Shown: in pieces, positions 23,715 to 24,004 of the stretch
How the letters are laid out: every line of letters begins with the position of its first letter
Numbering within the stretch: the first letter of the stretch is position 1
Virus record (IMG/VR): IMGVR_UViG_3300005758_000174
Span: 1 to 24,004 of that record
Reading direction: 5' to 3' (one strand)
Length of the DNA stretch: 24,004 bases
Origin: a virus
Taxonomy: Duplodnaviria > Caudoviricetes
Made by a program: the position numbers and the translations under genes
The notes under the pieces: generated by a model
Told to the model about the DNA's origin: nothing
Databases searched by the model: none
The model's input: only the letters and a program-made list of their open reading frames with translations

Positions 23715-23998
23715 TACGTTCTAAGTGCCTCAATCGCAATAATGTGTTCAACAGCCTTACCCAAATCATCACCGTGATTTACAATAGTAAGAGTGGGACC
23801 GTCATTCTCTTTATAGCGATCTTGCTTGTAAGATTCAATAACAAATCCACCCGAAGCAGGATAAACAGTGAAGCGTACACTACTCTTGCCAGTAATGCCA
23901 TCGTGTGCGCGGATAACATCACGGTCAACTGATTCAGTACGAGCATCTTCCCAGGCTTCACGAACCCAGCTATTAAACTTCTTTCTAAACCAACCCAT
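23714..23998 (-). CDS. Hypothetical phage protein, 94 aa
   Basis: RFTVYPASGGFVIE...DLGKAVEHII; part of the coupled operon. Confidence 0.7.
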   Translation of the reverse strand: MGWFRKKFNSWVREAWEDARTESVDRDVIRAHDGITGKSSVRFTVYPASGGFVIESYKQDRYKENDGPTLTIVNHGDDLGKAVEHIIAIEALRT

Positions 23999-24004
23999 CT
24001 TCTT

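Noticed and set aside
1-24004. tRNA, rRNA, integrase, transposase, intron or homing endonuclease
   Set aside because: Intergenic gaps are short and accounted for, and no such motifs were seen; helicase and primase have normal lengths with no evident intein.

Overview
This window is a gene-dense segment of a large, T4-like tailed dsDNA phage genome, almost entirely on the minus strand and read in the standard genetic code. The left half (1-10.9 kb) is mostly late/virion genes, with six intergenic TAAATA late-promoter motifs. It holds a 1016-aa tail fibre with a C-terminal chaperone-like domain, scaffold-like and internal-head-like proteins rich in (I/L)-x-E sites, and an adjacent pair of a Pol-beta-type nucleotidyltransferase and a KxDG ligase-superfamily protein. 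A sigma70-driven SGNH-like plus PD-(D/E)XK exonuclease unit is inserted among them. The middle has a DnaB/gp41 helicase, a gp61-like primase, a BppU-like structural gene and the only credible plus-strand gene. The right half (14.5-24 kb) is one long run of overlapping genes: peptide deformylase, MTA/SAH nucleosidase, APRT, a 191-aa miniature DnaE (Pol III alpha) catalytic core, a DEDDh exonuclease, a PhyH dioxygenase, a twitch radical SAM enzyme, eight tandem small paralogues sharing a C-terminal F-x-x-E-x-D-x-x-x-F-x-L-x-W-like motif, a Zn-finger protein and a gp62-like clamp-loader subunit. The most notable items are the mini-DnaE, the putatively virion-packaged NTase/ligase pair, the paralogue array, the MTAN+APRT adenine-recycling pair and a three-hairpin 5' leader. 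All calls are from motifs read by eye; no database searches were run.
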